From a candidate division NPL-UPA2 bacterium Unc8 (GTDB lineage Bacteria > NPL-UPA2): DNA of 38,362 nt. Made by a program: the position numbers and the translations under genes. The stretch is from NCBI GenBank assembly GCA_003574845.1, contig NDHY01000003.1:64646-103007 (forward strand). The letters run 5' to 3'. This document shows positions 27,739 through 37,129 of the stretch, in pieces. The notes beneath the pieces were generated by a model. That model made no database searches and was not told the origin of the DNA. It saw only the letters and a list, made by a program, of their open reading frames with translations. The stretch's first letter is position 1. The number at the start of each line of letters is the position of its first letter.

Positions 27739-29571
27739 TTACTTTTTCTTCACATTCGGCCGATACTCAGGAATCATTTCCTTAAGTTTTTCAGCAATCC
27801 GGTGGCGATTTCCTTCCCGAGCCAATTCTTTCAGGACTTCCACATCTGCTTTTAGTCGCTTACCATCCACCCTGGGCATCTCAGCCACAAATATGCATTC
27901 ATGAATGGTAGCCCTAACCGCTCCTTGAACTCTTAGCGGTTCCTCGTGAAGTTTTTCTCCCGGCCGCAGCCCGATAAATTCAATAGAAATATCCTCATCC
28001 GGTTCAAATCCTGAAAACCTGATTAAATCCCGCGCTAAATCAACAATCTTGATAGGCTCTCCCATATCTAAAACAAAAATCTCTCCGCCCCTGCCCATTG
28101 CCCCTGCCTGAAGAATTAACTGCACCGCCTCCGGTATAGTCATAAAGTAACGGGTTGCCTCCGGATGGGTAACCGTTACCGGACCGCCTTCGGCAATTTG
28201 CCTGCGAAACAGAGGAACTACACTTCCATCACTTCCCAGGACATTTCCGAAACGAACACTGATAAAGCAGGTTTTCGAATCATCTTTACTCTGACCGAGC
28301 ATCTCGGCCATCCTCTTTGAGGCTCCCATAACACTGATGGGATTGACTGCCTTATCGGTAGAAATGTTGATGAACTTATGCCCCCCGTATTCATCGGCTA
28401 AATCAACTAAATTGGCTGTTCCGTTGATATTGTTCTTAATTGCTTCAGCCGGATTATCCTCCATCAGAGGAACATGCTTATAGGCAGCAGCATGAAAAAT
28501 AATCTCCGGTTGGAAGCGAGCAAAGATTAGACGCATTTTTTCTTTATCCTTAATATCACCGAGCGCTATCTTCAGAGAAACAGATTTAGAATTCTTATCC
28601 TTTTTCAACTCATGCTCTAAAAAAAAGAGCCCATTCTCATTATAATCAAGAGCGATTATCTCGGATGCATTTAATTGAGCGATTTGACGGCAGGTCTCAG
28701 AGCCTATTGAGCCGGCTGCCCCGGTAACCAAAACCCTCTTCCCTTCAAGATAAGAGGCAATTTCCGGCAAGTCCATCTTGACCTCTGCCCTGCGGAGGAG
28801 GTCTTTTAATGTTATATCTCTTATTTCCTTTATGCTTACCCGCCCGTAAATCAACTCATTCAACCCGGGAATAGTCCTGCACTTCACTTCTATCCCTTCA
28901 CAGATAGAGACTATATCGCGAATAATTTTCCCCGAGGCAGAAGGCATAGCAATAATTATTTCCTCTATATTCCTCTGCTTCACTACTTGAGGAATATCGT
29001 GTCTTCTCCCCAAAACCTTCACTCCATGAATAGACATCCCCTGCTTCGCCCGATGGTCATCAATAAAACCAACTACCAAATACTCCGACTTAAGGTGACT
29101 CCTTATCTCCCTTAAAATCATCTCTCCGGCATCTCCTGCTCCGACGATGAGGATTCTTTTCATCCTCTTCACCCTTTCAGTGCGCCACTCCCGCAAGGCC
29201 CTGACCGCAAATCTCTCCCCACCAACAAGGACTAAATTAAGCAGCCAATCTATAGCAAAAACTCCCCGCGAATAAGGCAATCTCAAAAAGAAGATGAACG
29301 CCGCCAAAACAACTGAGCCTAAGGTAACTGCTTTGATTATAGAGGAAAGGTCCCTGAGCCCGGCATAGCGCCACATCCCCTTATAAAGTCCAAACAGCCA
29401 GAAGATAGCCGGGCGAACGAAAATGATGATGGGCAGCATCCTTAAGAATGAAGCCATATGCGCATTATCTATCCTGCCCTCAAAGCGAAAAAGAAGAGCT
29501 AAATACATACATGCGGTAACAATAACCGCATCAATTACAGGTAACAAAAACCTCTTATTGCTAAACATCAT
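27739..29571 (-). CDS. Membrane-anchored UDP-GlcNAc 4,6-dehydratase (CapD/PglF/WbpM family)
   Basis: 4 TMs, GAGDAG, TGAAGSIGSE, HAAAYKHVP, STDKAVNP, RFGNVLGS, LRPGEKL. Confidence 0.93.
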   Translation of the reverse strand: MMFSNKRFLLPVIDAVIVTACMYLALLFRFEGRIDNAHMASFLRMLPIIIFVRPAIFWLFGLYKGMWRYAGLRDLSSIIKAVTLGSVVLAAFIFFLRLPYSRGVFAIDWLLNLVLVGGERFAVRALREWRTERVKRMKRILIVGAGDAGEMILREIRSHLKSEYLVVGFIDDHRAKQGMSIHGVKVLGRRHDIPQVVKQRNIEEIIIAMPSASGKIIRDIVSICEGIEVKCRTIPGLNELIYGRVSIKEIRDITLKDLLRRAEVKMDLPEIASYLEGKRVLVTGAAGSIGSETCRQIAQLNASEIIALDYNENGLFFLEHELKKDKNSKSVSLKIALGDIKDKEKMRLIFARFQPEIIFHAAAYKHVPLMEDNPAEAIKNNINGTANLVDLADEYGGHKFINISTDKAVNPISVMGASKRMAEMLGQSKDDSKTCFISVRFGNVLGSDGSVVPLFRRQIAEGGPVTVTHPEATRYFMTIPEAVQLILQAGAMGRGGEIFVLDMGEPIKIVDLARDLIRFSGFEPDEDISIEFIGLRPGEKLHEEPLRVQGAVRATIHECIFVAEMPRVDGKRLKADVEVLKELAREGNRHRIAEKLKEMIPEYRPNVKKK

Positions 29572-29585
29572 TTCCTCTTAAAGAA

Positions 29586-29765
29586 AATAGGGACACATCC
29601 CATTTAATTCCCTCTTTCTTTCTACGGGGCCTACCTTTCGGTCTGAAGGTTAAATCTCTCCCTACTTTTTTTGAAATCTGTTCTATGAATTCCGCACTCC
29701 CCAATGGATGACCCAGCCTTGTCCTTTGTCTAATCTCATCTGCCTGCCCATCACCTGCCCCTATT
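29586..29765 (-). pseudogene. C-terminal remnant of a RAYT/Y1 transposase with AATAGGG inverted ends
   Basis: Startless frame ADEIRQRTRLGHPLGSAEFIEQISKKVGRDLTFRPKGRPRRK; ends AATAGGGACACATCCC and CACCTGCCCCTATT. Confidence 0.6.
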
Positions 29766-29767
29766 AT

Positions 29768-30265
29768 CTATTCTCTAATCCTCCCTTTTAAAAGGTTATC
29801 TACTAATTTAAATGTATAGGAATTTCCTTTTTGGTAGCCGCAGGCTTCAGCCTGCGTTAATTTAATGGCTTTTTCTGCTGCCTGGATATTTCTTTCTGCT
29901 CCTTGCCTGGAAAATTTTCTTTTATAATCTGCCATCTCTCGAAGATCTAACGCCTGGACAAAATTATCATAATACTCCTGAGGAAGTAATCCTTGGTCTA
30001 TATAGAGGCTTTTAATGGCAAACGCCAGTTGAATATGACTTTTTTCTCGGTATTTTTTATTGTAAAGTAACGCCCTGGATGCGTGAAATATCGCAAAATA
30101 TGCAGTTACAGTAGCCAATTTGATCTTTTCTAACCCCAAAACATCTTTGGCGTCTTTTAAATCTTCTCTGGCAGTTCTCATTTCTTTAGAGCTGACCTTA
30201 GGACCGTCAGAAAAAGGAATGATTCTTCTCTTCTCAATTGCTTCCTGGATATCAAATTTCTTCAT
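29768..30265 (-). CDS. HEPN domain protein
   Basis: AYFAIFHASRALL, REKSH, REMADY; start MKKFDI overlapping the MNT gene. Confidence 0.85.
   Translation of the reverse strand: MKKFDIQEAIEKRRIIPFSDGPKVSSKEMRTAREDLKDAKDVLGLEKIKLATVTAYFAIFHASRALLYNKKYREKSHIQLAFAIKSLYIDQGLLPQEYYDNFVQALDLREMADYKRKFSRQGAERNIQAAEKAIKLTQAEACGYQKGNSYTFKLVDNLLKGRIRE
29834..29856 (+). repeat. GTAG-type REP-like palindrome inside the HEPN 3' end
   Basis: GTAG-C-CGCAGGCT-TC-AGCCTGCG. Confidence 0.75.
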
Positions 30266-30818
30266 AAGTCGGCCTTCCCCTCCAAAGAGTAATCCCCTTT
30301 TCCACTTGCCTGTGAAATACACTGTCTTCTTTTTTTGACGATACAGATTCTAAAGGGTCTTGAATAACAGCCTGATATTTTACATCGACAGTCTCGTATT
30401 TACTGATAATTTTTCTCACCTCTTTTTTATATTCTGTACGAATAAATAAGTCTATATCACTTTCTCCAGCATTGCACCCATCTGCACGAGACCCAAAAAG
30501 AACAATTTCATAACAGTATCTTTGAATTTCTTTAACCAATATTTGTAGGTCTAGTAAGTTCTCAAATACTTTGAATTGTTTCAAAAGGAAATTACCGGCG
30601 TTAAGTTTGTATAAAAATAGATTTCCTTTTCTTTCTCGAGATAAGAGAGCTAATTCTAAAAGCAATCTTAAGGCTTGATTAGTTGCGCCCTTACTACATT
30701 TAGTCGCCCGGGATACTTCATTGGCAGAAAATACCACTCCCGGATGGTTAGAGAGAAAGGAAAGTATCTTTAAAGGTGTTTGGTGGTATAGGTATTTTTT
30801 GATTTTTAGATAGTTCAT
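30252..30818 (-). CDS. Winged-HTH + minimal nucleotidyltransferase (MNT)
   Basis: HTH-like SANEVSRATKCSKGATNQAL; FGSRADG....SDIDL; start re-called at ATG 30818 with AGAGGA RBS. Confidence 0.88.
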   Translation of the reverse strand: MNYLKIKKYLYHQTPLKILSFLSNHPGVVFSANEVSRATKCSKGATNQALRLLLELALLSRERKGNLFLYKLNAGNFLLKQFKVFENLLDLQILVKEIQRYCYEIVLFGSRADGCNAGESDIDLFIRTEYKKEVRKIISKYETVDVKYQAVIQDPLESVSSKKEDSVFHRQVEKGITLWRGRPTYEEI

Positions 30819-30866
30819 TATATTATCCTCTTTGTTCATTATAATGAAAGATTACTGCGGTGTCAA
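30813..30866 (-). promoter_or_regulatory. Consensus sigma70 promoter with overlapping operator-like repeats
   Basis: TTGACA(30866-30861)-17 nt-TATAAT(30843-30838); palindrome TTCATTATAATGAA 30835-30848; GTTCATTATA repeated at 30813 and 30834. Confidence 0.8.
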
Positions 30867-30927
30867 TAGGTCTTTGTTAAATATTCAGCATTAAAGAACA
30901 AAAGTTGTCAAATTGGTCAATTCAAAA

Positions 30928-31488
30928 TTAATGCGTAACATTTTCCATTCGGACGACTTTTTTAAACGTTCTTACTAATATTTTCATATCAAAAAGAAAA
31001 GACCTGTTTTTCAAATAATATTCATCGAATTCAACCTTTATCGGAATCGGCAATTCATCCCTGCCATTTACCTGCGCCCAGCCGGTAATTCCCGGAATAA
31101 TCTTATCTATTCCCTTGCTGGTTCTTAATTCAATTAAATCATCCTGATTATACAGTGCCGGACGGGGGCCGACAAAACTTATATCTCCCTTTAAAACACT
31201 GTAAAGCTGCGGTAATTCATCCAGACTAAACTTACGCAAAAAAGACCCAATTGAAGTAAGATATCTATCAGGGTTTTTCATCAGATGAGTTGCGACGGCT
31301 GGGGTATCAATACGCATCGTGCGAAACTTTGGCATCCTGAATATCCCATTATTAATCCCCACTCTATCCGACCAATATAAAGCTGGCCCCTTTGATGTTA
31401 GCTTTACTATTAAAGCAACCACCAAAATCAGCACACTCAAAAAACACAATAAAAAACCGGCCATAGTTAGATCAAAGATACGCTTCAT
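30928..31488 (-). CDS. Bacterial sugar transferase (small phosphoglycosyl transferase)
   Basis: KRIFD, KFRTM, LDELPQL, VGPRP, PGITGWAQVNGRD. Confidence 0.95.
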   Translation of the reverse strand: MKRIFDLTMAGFLLCFLSVLILVVALIVKLTSKGPALYWSDRVGINNGIFRMPKFRTMRIDTPAVATHLMKNPDRYLTSIGSFLRKFSLDELPQLYSVLKGDISFVGPRPALYNQDDLIELRTSKGIDKIIPGITGWAQVNGRDELPIPIKVEFDEYYLKNRSFLFDMKILVRTFKKVVRMENVTH

Positions 31489-31492
31489 AAAA

Positions 31493-32449
31493 TTATCGCC
31501 TGCTTTTTTTATACCATTCAGCGGTTACCGCCAAACCTTCGGCCATTGTATAAGGCGGCTGCCAGCCAAGTTCACGCCTGATCTTACTACTGTCCACAAG
31601 CAGAGACCCTGTTAATTTCTCCAGCTCTTCAGTCTTTCCTGCAATCTTACACAACGCCTTTAGGATACTGGGATGCAAAGAAAATAACCTTGGCTTCTTA
31701 CCCATCGCACAAGCAATCATCTTTATTAAATCCGGCGTAGACACATCCTGCCCATCACTTACTAAAAAAGTCTCACCTGCTGCCAGCGGATGACTAATAC
31801 AAGTAATAATAGCATCCACCAAATTACCAAGGCAGACCATGCTGCGCCGGTTGTTAACGCTGGCAAACGGCAGAGGAATACCCCTTTCAACAATACTTAG
31901 CAGACGCAGGAAATTAGCCTTTACCCCCGGTCCATAGACCAGTGGCGGACGGAGAATCACGACCTCCAGACCGGTCTCTTCAGCAACTTTTCTGAGAATC
32001 TTTTCCGCTTCCAGTTTGCTGACACCGTAGGGATCCTGCGGAGCGAGGTGGTTTTCCTCCGAGTATGGAACATTAGTTTCCTCACCATGAACTTTTACTG
32101 AACTAAGGAATACCAACCGCTTTACCCCTGCCACGGCAGCCTGTTGCGCCAGACGTTCGGTCCCGGCAACATTAACCTGGCGATAAACAGCAAGAGGAAC
32201 CCCGGACGTCTCGTTCATAACATGCGCCCGCGCAGCCAAGTGCACAATGCTTTCAATACCGGCCAGAGCCCCAGACCAATCAGTTTCCGGGCTGATATCG
32301 CCGACCATCGCCCCTTCAACCCCTGAAGGCAGAGCCGTCATTTGAGCCGCGCTCCTGACAGCTCCCCGCACTTGGTATCCGTCAACCAGCATCCCCTCGC
32401 AGAGTGCTTTTCCGATAAACCCATTCGCGCCTGTTATTAAAATATTCAT
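31493..32449 (-). CDS. NAD-dependent epimerase/dehydratase (WbpK/WbpV-like)
   Basis: TGANGFIG, HLAARAH, SSVKV, YGVSK, RPPLVYGPG. Confidence 0.9.
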   Translation of the reverse strand: MNILITGANGFIGKALCEGMLVDGYQVRGAVRSAAQMTALPSGVEGAMVGDISPETDWSGALAGIESIVHLAARAHVMNETSGVPLAVYRQVNVAGTERLAQQAAVAGVKRLVFLSSVKVHGEETNVPYSEENHLAPQDPYGVSKLEAEKILRKVAEETGLEVVILRPPLVYGPGVKANFLRLLSIVERGIPLPFASVNNRRSMVCLGNLVDAIITCISHPLAAGETFLVSDGQDVSTPDLIKMIACAMGKKPRLFSLHPSILKALCKIAGKTEELEKLTGSLLVDSSKIRRELGWQPPYTMAEGLAVTAEWYKKSRR

Positions 32450-32461
32450 TACAAATTAATC

Positions 32462-32494
32462 TTACCCAAAATAGCCTTAAGCGGAAATGGGTAA
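32462..32494 (+). repeat. 33-bp RAYT-flanking repeat, copy 1
   Basis: TTACCCAAAATAGCCTTAAGCGGAAATGGGTAA. Confidence 0.85.
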
Positions 32495-32526
32495 AAATTG
32501 CACCTCTAAAAAGACAAATTAATTCT

Positions 32527-33450
32527 TTATAATGAAGCTTTTAATATGTTGTAAACGGTCTTTCGCGATACACCCAGTCGATCTGCTATTTCTGTTCGAG
32601 TATAGCCACGGGCAATGAGTTGTTCTATGAGGTATTTTTTCGCCTTTCTACTTTCGGGCTTGCTATGGGGAAACTCCTTTGCCACGGTTTCAATCTGTTT
32701 TTCTAACTCCTCCATTCCTGTTAAATCTATACCTAAAAATTTGGCAATCTGTTTTTTCTTGTTAACCATTTTGAAAATAGAAGGAAACATGGAGGCAAGT
32801 TTTACCTGAAAACGTTCTATGGCATCTTCCTGTTCCAAGACATGCGCAGACTCTAACTGGCCACCCTGTTTCAGTAGGAGCCGGTATTTCTTTTTATTCT
32901 CAATTTCGTTCCCGGAAAGCAAGTTTAAGATGAAATCGGGATCAATAAAGGATTTCGGAGCATTATCCTCATAATATAATCTACATGATGACCAGTGATA
33001 AGTCAAAGGGTCAGTTGCAAGGCCGACTTTTACAGGATTCAGATGAATATAAAGAGAAGCAGCTAAAAGATAGCTGTCATCAAGGCAAACAGCCTGCCTG
33101 TAAGGGCCACCGAACAGATGCCCTTTCCTTTCGTACTTTTTGTTGAACTTCATGGCGTATCTTGAGAACAGATCCCGCATGGCGTCATATAAGTTGCTTT
33201 CTGTTGGGCTCAGGAGTACATGCACATGATTCGGCATAAGACAAAAGGCATAAACCCTGAGAGAATAATTGTCGGCTATCTTCTTCAGGCATCCTATCAT
33301 AAAAAGATAGTCGCTATCTTCCATAAACAGCGGCTCCTTGCCAGCTGCCCTTTGTGTGATGTGAGAAACCACATTAGGGGCATTCAGTTTCCGGGTTGCC
33401 CGAAAATACCGCTTAATCTTCCCTTGTCTGATCAGATCAAATAGGTCCAT
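32527..33450 (-). mobile_element. RAYT / IS200-like Y1 HUH transposase with C-terminal HTH
   Basis: HITQR, LMPNHVH (HUH), GHLF, YIHLNPVK (catalytic Tyr), WSS; HTH TRTEIADRLGVSRKTVY. Confidence 0.9.
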
Positions 33451-33502
33451 GGTTTTTATATAAAACGATCAACAGCGCCCGCAAAATGAAGCATGCAGAT
33501 TT

Positions 33503-33576
33503 TTACCCAAAACAGCCTTAGGTCGAAAGGAGTAAAAAGTAGTTTACCCAAAAGTGCCTTGAGCGGAAATGGGTAA
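33503..33576 (+). repeat. 33-bp RAYT-flanking repeat, copies 2 and 3
   Basis: TTACCCAAAACAGCCTTAGGTCGAAAGGAGTAA (33503-33535) and TTACCCAAAAGTGCCTTGAGCGGAAATGGGTAA (33544-33576). Confidence 0.85.
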
Positions 33577-34779
33577 AGGAAAGATTTCTTCTGTCATTTG
33601 TTGTATGATTTTATTGCGGTTGTATTCTTTGTTTAAAAGTGACTTCATATTGCTTCCAAATGTTTGCAACTCCTGTTTTGGCGTAGCTAAAAATTTCTCG
33701 AACCCTGCTCTTATATCGTCAATATTGTTTGGTTGTGCAACAAAACCAATTTTATTGTTTGTTACTAAATCAGCGACTTCGCCTTTCATCACACAATAAA
33801 TTGGTTTACTGGATGCAAGATACGCTTGAAATTTAGCAGGCACTGTTAAAGAAAAAATTGGCTCATCTATTAGAGATATTATTAAAACATCACTGCCCTC
33901 AAACCATTTTGGCATTTCCTTTAATGGCCTTCGTCCCCAAAAATGAACATTGGTAATGTTCTCTTTTTTTACAATATTTTTTAGAGGTTCCAGATTTGAG
34001 CCATCACCAATGATATTTAAGTTAATCTGGTTATTGGATTTTGGCAGGAGCGCGAAACCCCTGATAATATTTTCCAAATTCTGAACTGTTCCTACATTAC
34101 CCGCAAATGTAAAATTAAACCCTTCTTTCAACGACTCATGTGGCGTTACTTGATCGAAATTCAATTCATTGGGAGCCCATTGAGGAGAAAAGATTATTCT
34201 GGCGTCTGGAACATAGTTTTGTATTTTCTGTTTGAACCCTTTGCATGAGACAAATACTGTTTCGCAATTTTTATAAACGGTTTTTACAAACCAATCCAAT
34301 AACTTCCTGGAAATTGCTTTTTCCCTGAATCCATACGCATAAACTGTATCCGGCCATATATCTAATGTCCAGATGTAAAGTTTGCTTCCAAAGATTTTTT
34401 TAATAAGTACAGCAGGAATTGCCTGCGTCAGAGGGCCGATATGATACACAAAAACATTATCATATGTTCGGCCTATAAACAAAGATGCCAAAGACGCAAA
34501 AAAAGCAAAACATAAATAATTCAATACTTTTAAGAGCACACCTTTTTTATAACCCATCAAAGAAAATACTCTGTAAATTTTAATACCCTGCCACTTTTCA
34601 GTCTGAAAAAGCTTATTCTTATATCCTTCATACACCCTGTCAAAAGGATAACTGGGGGCTTGTGTCAATACGGCAACTTCATAGCCTTTAGCCTGCCATG
34701 CCTGTGCCAGATCATTAATCCCGAACTCTTCCGGATAAAAACGTTCTGTGATTATTAACACACTATTATTTTTCTTCAT
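33544..34779 (-). CDS. Glycosyltransferase family 4 (putative L-FucNAc transferase)
   Basis: FYPEEF.IND, DIWPD, FAGNVG..QNL, PAKFQAYL; follows fnlABC. Confidence 0.85.
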   Translation of the reverse strand: MKKNNSVLIITERFYPEEFGINDLAQAWQAKGYEVAVLTQAPSYPFDRVYEGYKNKLFQTEKWQGIKIYRVFSLMGYKKGVLLKVLNYLCFAFFASLASLFIGRTYDNVFVYHIGPLTQAIPAVLIKKIFGSKLYIWTLDIWPDTVYAYGFREKAISRKLLDWFVKTVYKNCETVFVSCKGFKQKIQNYVPDARIIFSPQWAPNELNFDQVTPHESLKEGFNFTFAGNVGTVQNLENIIRGFALLPKSNNQINLNIIGDGSNLEPLKNIVKKENITNVHFWGRRPLKEMPKWFEGSDVLIISLIDEPIFSLTVPAKFQAYLASSKPIYCVMKGEVADLVTNNKIGFVAQPNNIDDIRAGFEKFLATPKQELQTFGSNMKSLLNKEYNRNKIIQQMTEEIFPLPISAQGTFG

Positions 34780-34826
34780 CTCTTACCGCGCTGCTCATTC
34801 CGGAGGAAGATATCTTCTGGTTCATT

Positions 34827-35954
34827 TTAATTTATTCCATCCCAGATATGACTCAACTTTGCAGTCCCTATTATCAGTTTGACCACCCTTTGTGATACAT
34901 TCTCAATTTCATACTCCGCAGGAATGGGATGCTTGCCTAGAGAAGCTTTTTCTTCTGTCACCATTTTAATTGCCTGAATAATGGTTTCGGGATTTAAACC
35001 TGTCAAAACAATATTCCCCGTGTCCAGAGCTTCCGGTCTTTCCATAGCGTTTCTTACCGTTATGGCTGGAAACGAAAGGATGGAAGATTCTTCACTGATT
35101 GTGCCGCTGTCTGAAATAGCGCAAAAGGCATTCATCTGGAGATGGTTATAATCAAAAAATCCAAATGGTTTCAAAAATTGGATATTGGCATGCAGCCTAG
35201 CTTCAGCTAAAGCCTCCAGACGTTTTCTTGTTCTCGGATGGGTCGACACGACCACAGGAAATCCATAATCTTCACAAACAAGACTCAAAGAACGCAGTAA
35301 CAGGCCAAGATTCTCCTTGTTATCTACATTCTCTTCCCTGTGAATGCTGGCGATAAAATAGCCATCTTTTTTTAATCCGAGTTGTTCAAGGATTTTGGAA
35401 GATTGTATCTTGTCCATGTATGTCAAAAGAACTTCTTTCATTGGCGAACCTGTAAGATAAATGCGGCGGTGGGGTAGCCCTTCAGAGAGCAAATGACGCC
35501 TGGCGTGTTCCGTATAGACGAGATTAAAATCACTGATATGATCAATTATCCTGCGGTTGATCTCCTCAGGAACATTAAAGTCAAAACAGCGATTCCCAGC
35601 CTCCATGTGATAGATGGGAATCTTCATGCGTTTTGCCATAATCCCTGCAATGGAGCTATTGGTATCGCCTAATATCAAAACTGCATCAGGCTTTTCCTTT
35701 TTAAGCACTTTCTCAATCAAAATAAGAATATTCCCCATAACAGCACCCAATGAGCTATAATCAACTCCTAAAAAATAATCGGGCTTTCGGACATTCAATT
35801 CTTTAAAGAATATCTTATTTAGTTCATAGTCATAATTCTGGCCGGTATGAACAATCTTATGGTCAACATATTTATCCAAGAGCGCCATCACGCACGAAAG
35901 ACGTATGATCTCAGGCCGTGTGCCCAGAATTGTCATCACTTTAATTTTATTCAT
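34827..35954 (-). CDS. fnlC: UDP-N-acetylhexosamine 2-epimerase (FnlC/CapG-like)
   Basis: GTRPEIIRLS, HTGQNYD, LGDTNS, HMEAGNR, SDSGTISEE, ERPE. Confidence 0.85.
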   Translation of the reverse strand: MNKIKVMTILGTRPEIIRLSCVMALLDKYVDHKIVHTGQNYDYELNKIFFKELNVRKPDYFLGVDYSSLGAVMGNILILIEKVLKKEKPDAVLILGDTNSSIAGIMAKRMKIPIYHMEAGNRCFDFNVPEEINRRIIDHISDFNLVYTEHARRHLLSEGLPHRRIYLTGSPMKEVLLTYMDKIQSSKILEQLGLKKDGYFIASIHREENVDNKENLGLLLRSLSLVCEDYGFPVVVSTHPRTRKRLEALAEARLHANIQFLKPFGFFDYNHLQMNAFCAISDSGTISEESSILSFPAITVRNAMERPEALDTGNIVLTGLNPETIIQAIKMVTEEKASLGKHPIPAEYEIENVSQRVVKLIIGTAKLSHIWDGIN

Positions 35955-35955
35955 T

Positions 35956-37071
35956 TTATACCTCACAATGATAAGTATCCGGTTCTTCAGGATTAAAAAT
36001 TTGATTTGCCCAAAACAAAACTACTATTTCACTATCCCCTAAATTTTCAATAGAATGGGTATGCCCTGGTGGAATATCTACAACTTCAAGATTATCGCCA
36101 GAAACATAATAAGATAAAACCTCATCTTCAAGAATATGCCTAAACCTAATAACAGCTTCCCCTTTCAGAACGCAAAACTTCTCAATCTTGGTATTGTGAT
36201 AATGATTACCCCTGATTATCCCTTTATGTGTTGTTGACACAAATATCTGACCAAAATGTTCAGACTTAATCAATTCCGCCAGACTTCCCCTTTGATCGGT
36301 CTTTAAATCCAATTTGTAGGAAAAATCATCTTTATCCAGGTAGGATAAGTATGTTGCATGCAGACATTTCATAAAGTCATCAGACAAATCAGGCACAACT
36401 AATGACTTACGCATACCCCTTAATTGATATATCTTCTCTGCCAGTTCGCCGAGGGTTATCCTGAACGTCCGTTTAACTTTATAATAATATTTATTTTTAT
36501 CCCCACTTTTTTGTGAAACCACGCTTAGAAATTCATCTATCACATCATCAATATAAACTAACTCAATTTCTTTATTGACATCTGAAATGGAAATATCGAG
36601 CCCGTGCCCAATATTACAACAAAATGTTGCCACAACCGAATTGTAGTTTGGCCTGCACCATTTCCCAAACACATTTGGGAAACGATAAATATATATCTTA
36701 GCATTGTTTTTCTCGCTATATTCAAGAAGCATATCCTCCGCTTGCTTCTTACTTATTCCATAAGGGTTATCAAGAGTTGCCTGGATTGAGGATGATAGTA
36801 CAACAGAGACATTCCTTTCTGATTTTTCAAGTATATTAACAATGGTTCGTGTCAGACCGGCATTCCCTGTCTCAAACTCCTCAACCTTCTCGGGCCGGTT
36901 AACCCCTGCCAAATGAAAAACAACATCAGCACTTTTTAAATACTTCACTAAAATAGATAATTCATCTTCGATATCAAAGGTCATTATTTCAACATCTTCA
37001 CATCTTTTTAATCTCACAACTAAATTCTTGCCGATAAATCCGTTTGAACCAGTAACAAGCACCTTATTCAT
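35956..37071 (-). CDS. fnlB: SDR + cupin reductase/epimerase (FnlB/CapF-like)
   Basis: TGSNGFIG, HLAGVNRP, YGISK, FGKWCRPNYNSVVATF, cupin RGNHYH; start re-called at ATG 37071. Confidence 0.88.
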   Translation of the reverse strand: MNKVLVTGSNGFIGKNLVVRLKRCEDVEIMTFDIEDELSILVKYLKSADVVFHLAGVNRPEKVEEFETGNAGLTRTIVNILEKSERNVSVVLSSSIQATLDNPYGISKKQAEDMLLEYSEKNNAKIYIYRFPNVFGKWCRPNYNSVVATFCCNIGHGLDISISDVNKEIELVYIDDVIDEFLSVVSQKSGDKNKYYYKVKRTFRITLGELAEKIYQLRGMRKSLVVPDLSDDFMKCLHATYLSYLDKDDFSYKLDLKTDQRGSLAELIKSEHFGQIFVSTTHKGIIRGNHYHNTKIEKFCVLKGEAVIRFRHILEDEVLSYYVSGDNLEVVDIPPGHTHSIENLGDSEIVVLFWANQIFNPEEPDTYHCEV

Positions 37072-37088
37072 AATAATCCCTTTCTCAT

Positions 37089-37115
37089 CTTCGTGTTCTT
37101 CGTGCGCTTCGTGGT
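37089..37115. repeat. 9-nt-period repeat (CTTCGTG x3)
   Basis: CTTCGTG at 37089, 37098 and 37107 between fnlA and fnlB. Confidence 0.7.
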
Positions 37116-37129
37116 GATAAATGTCTTTC

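Noticed and set aside
30819-30839. MNT start at 30839 as in the ORF track
   Set aside because: That ATG lies in the -10 box; ATG 30818 has an RBS
32462-33576. 33-bp repeats as a CRISPR array
   Set aside because: Only three degenerate copies, gaps of 8 nt and about 1 kb, no cas genes; they flank a transposase
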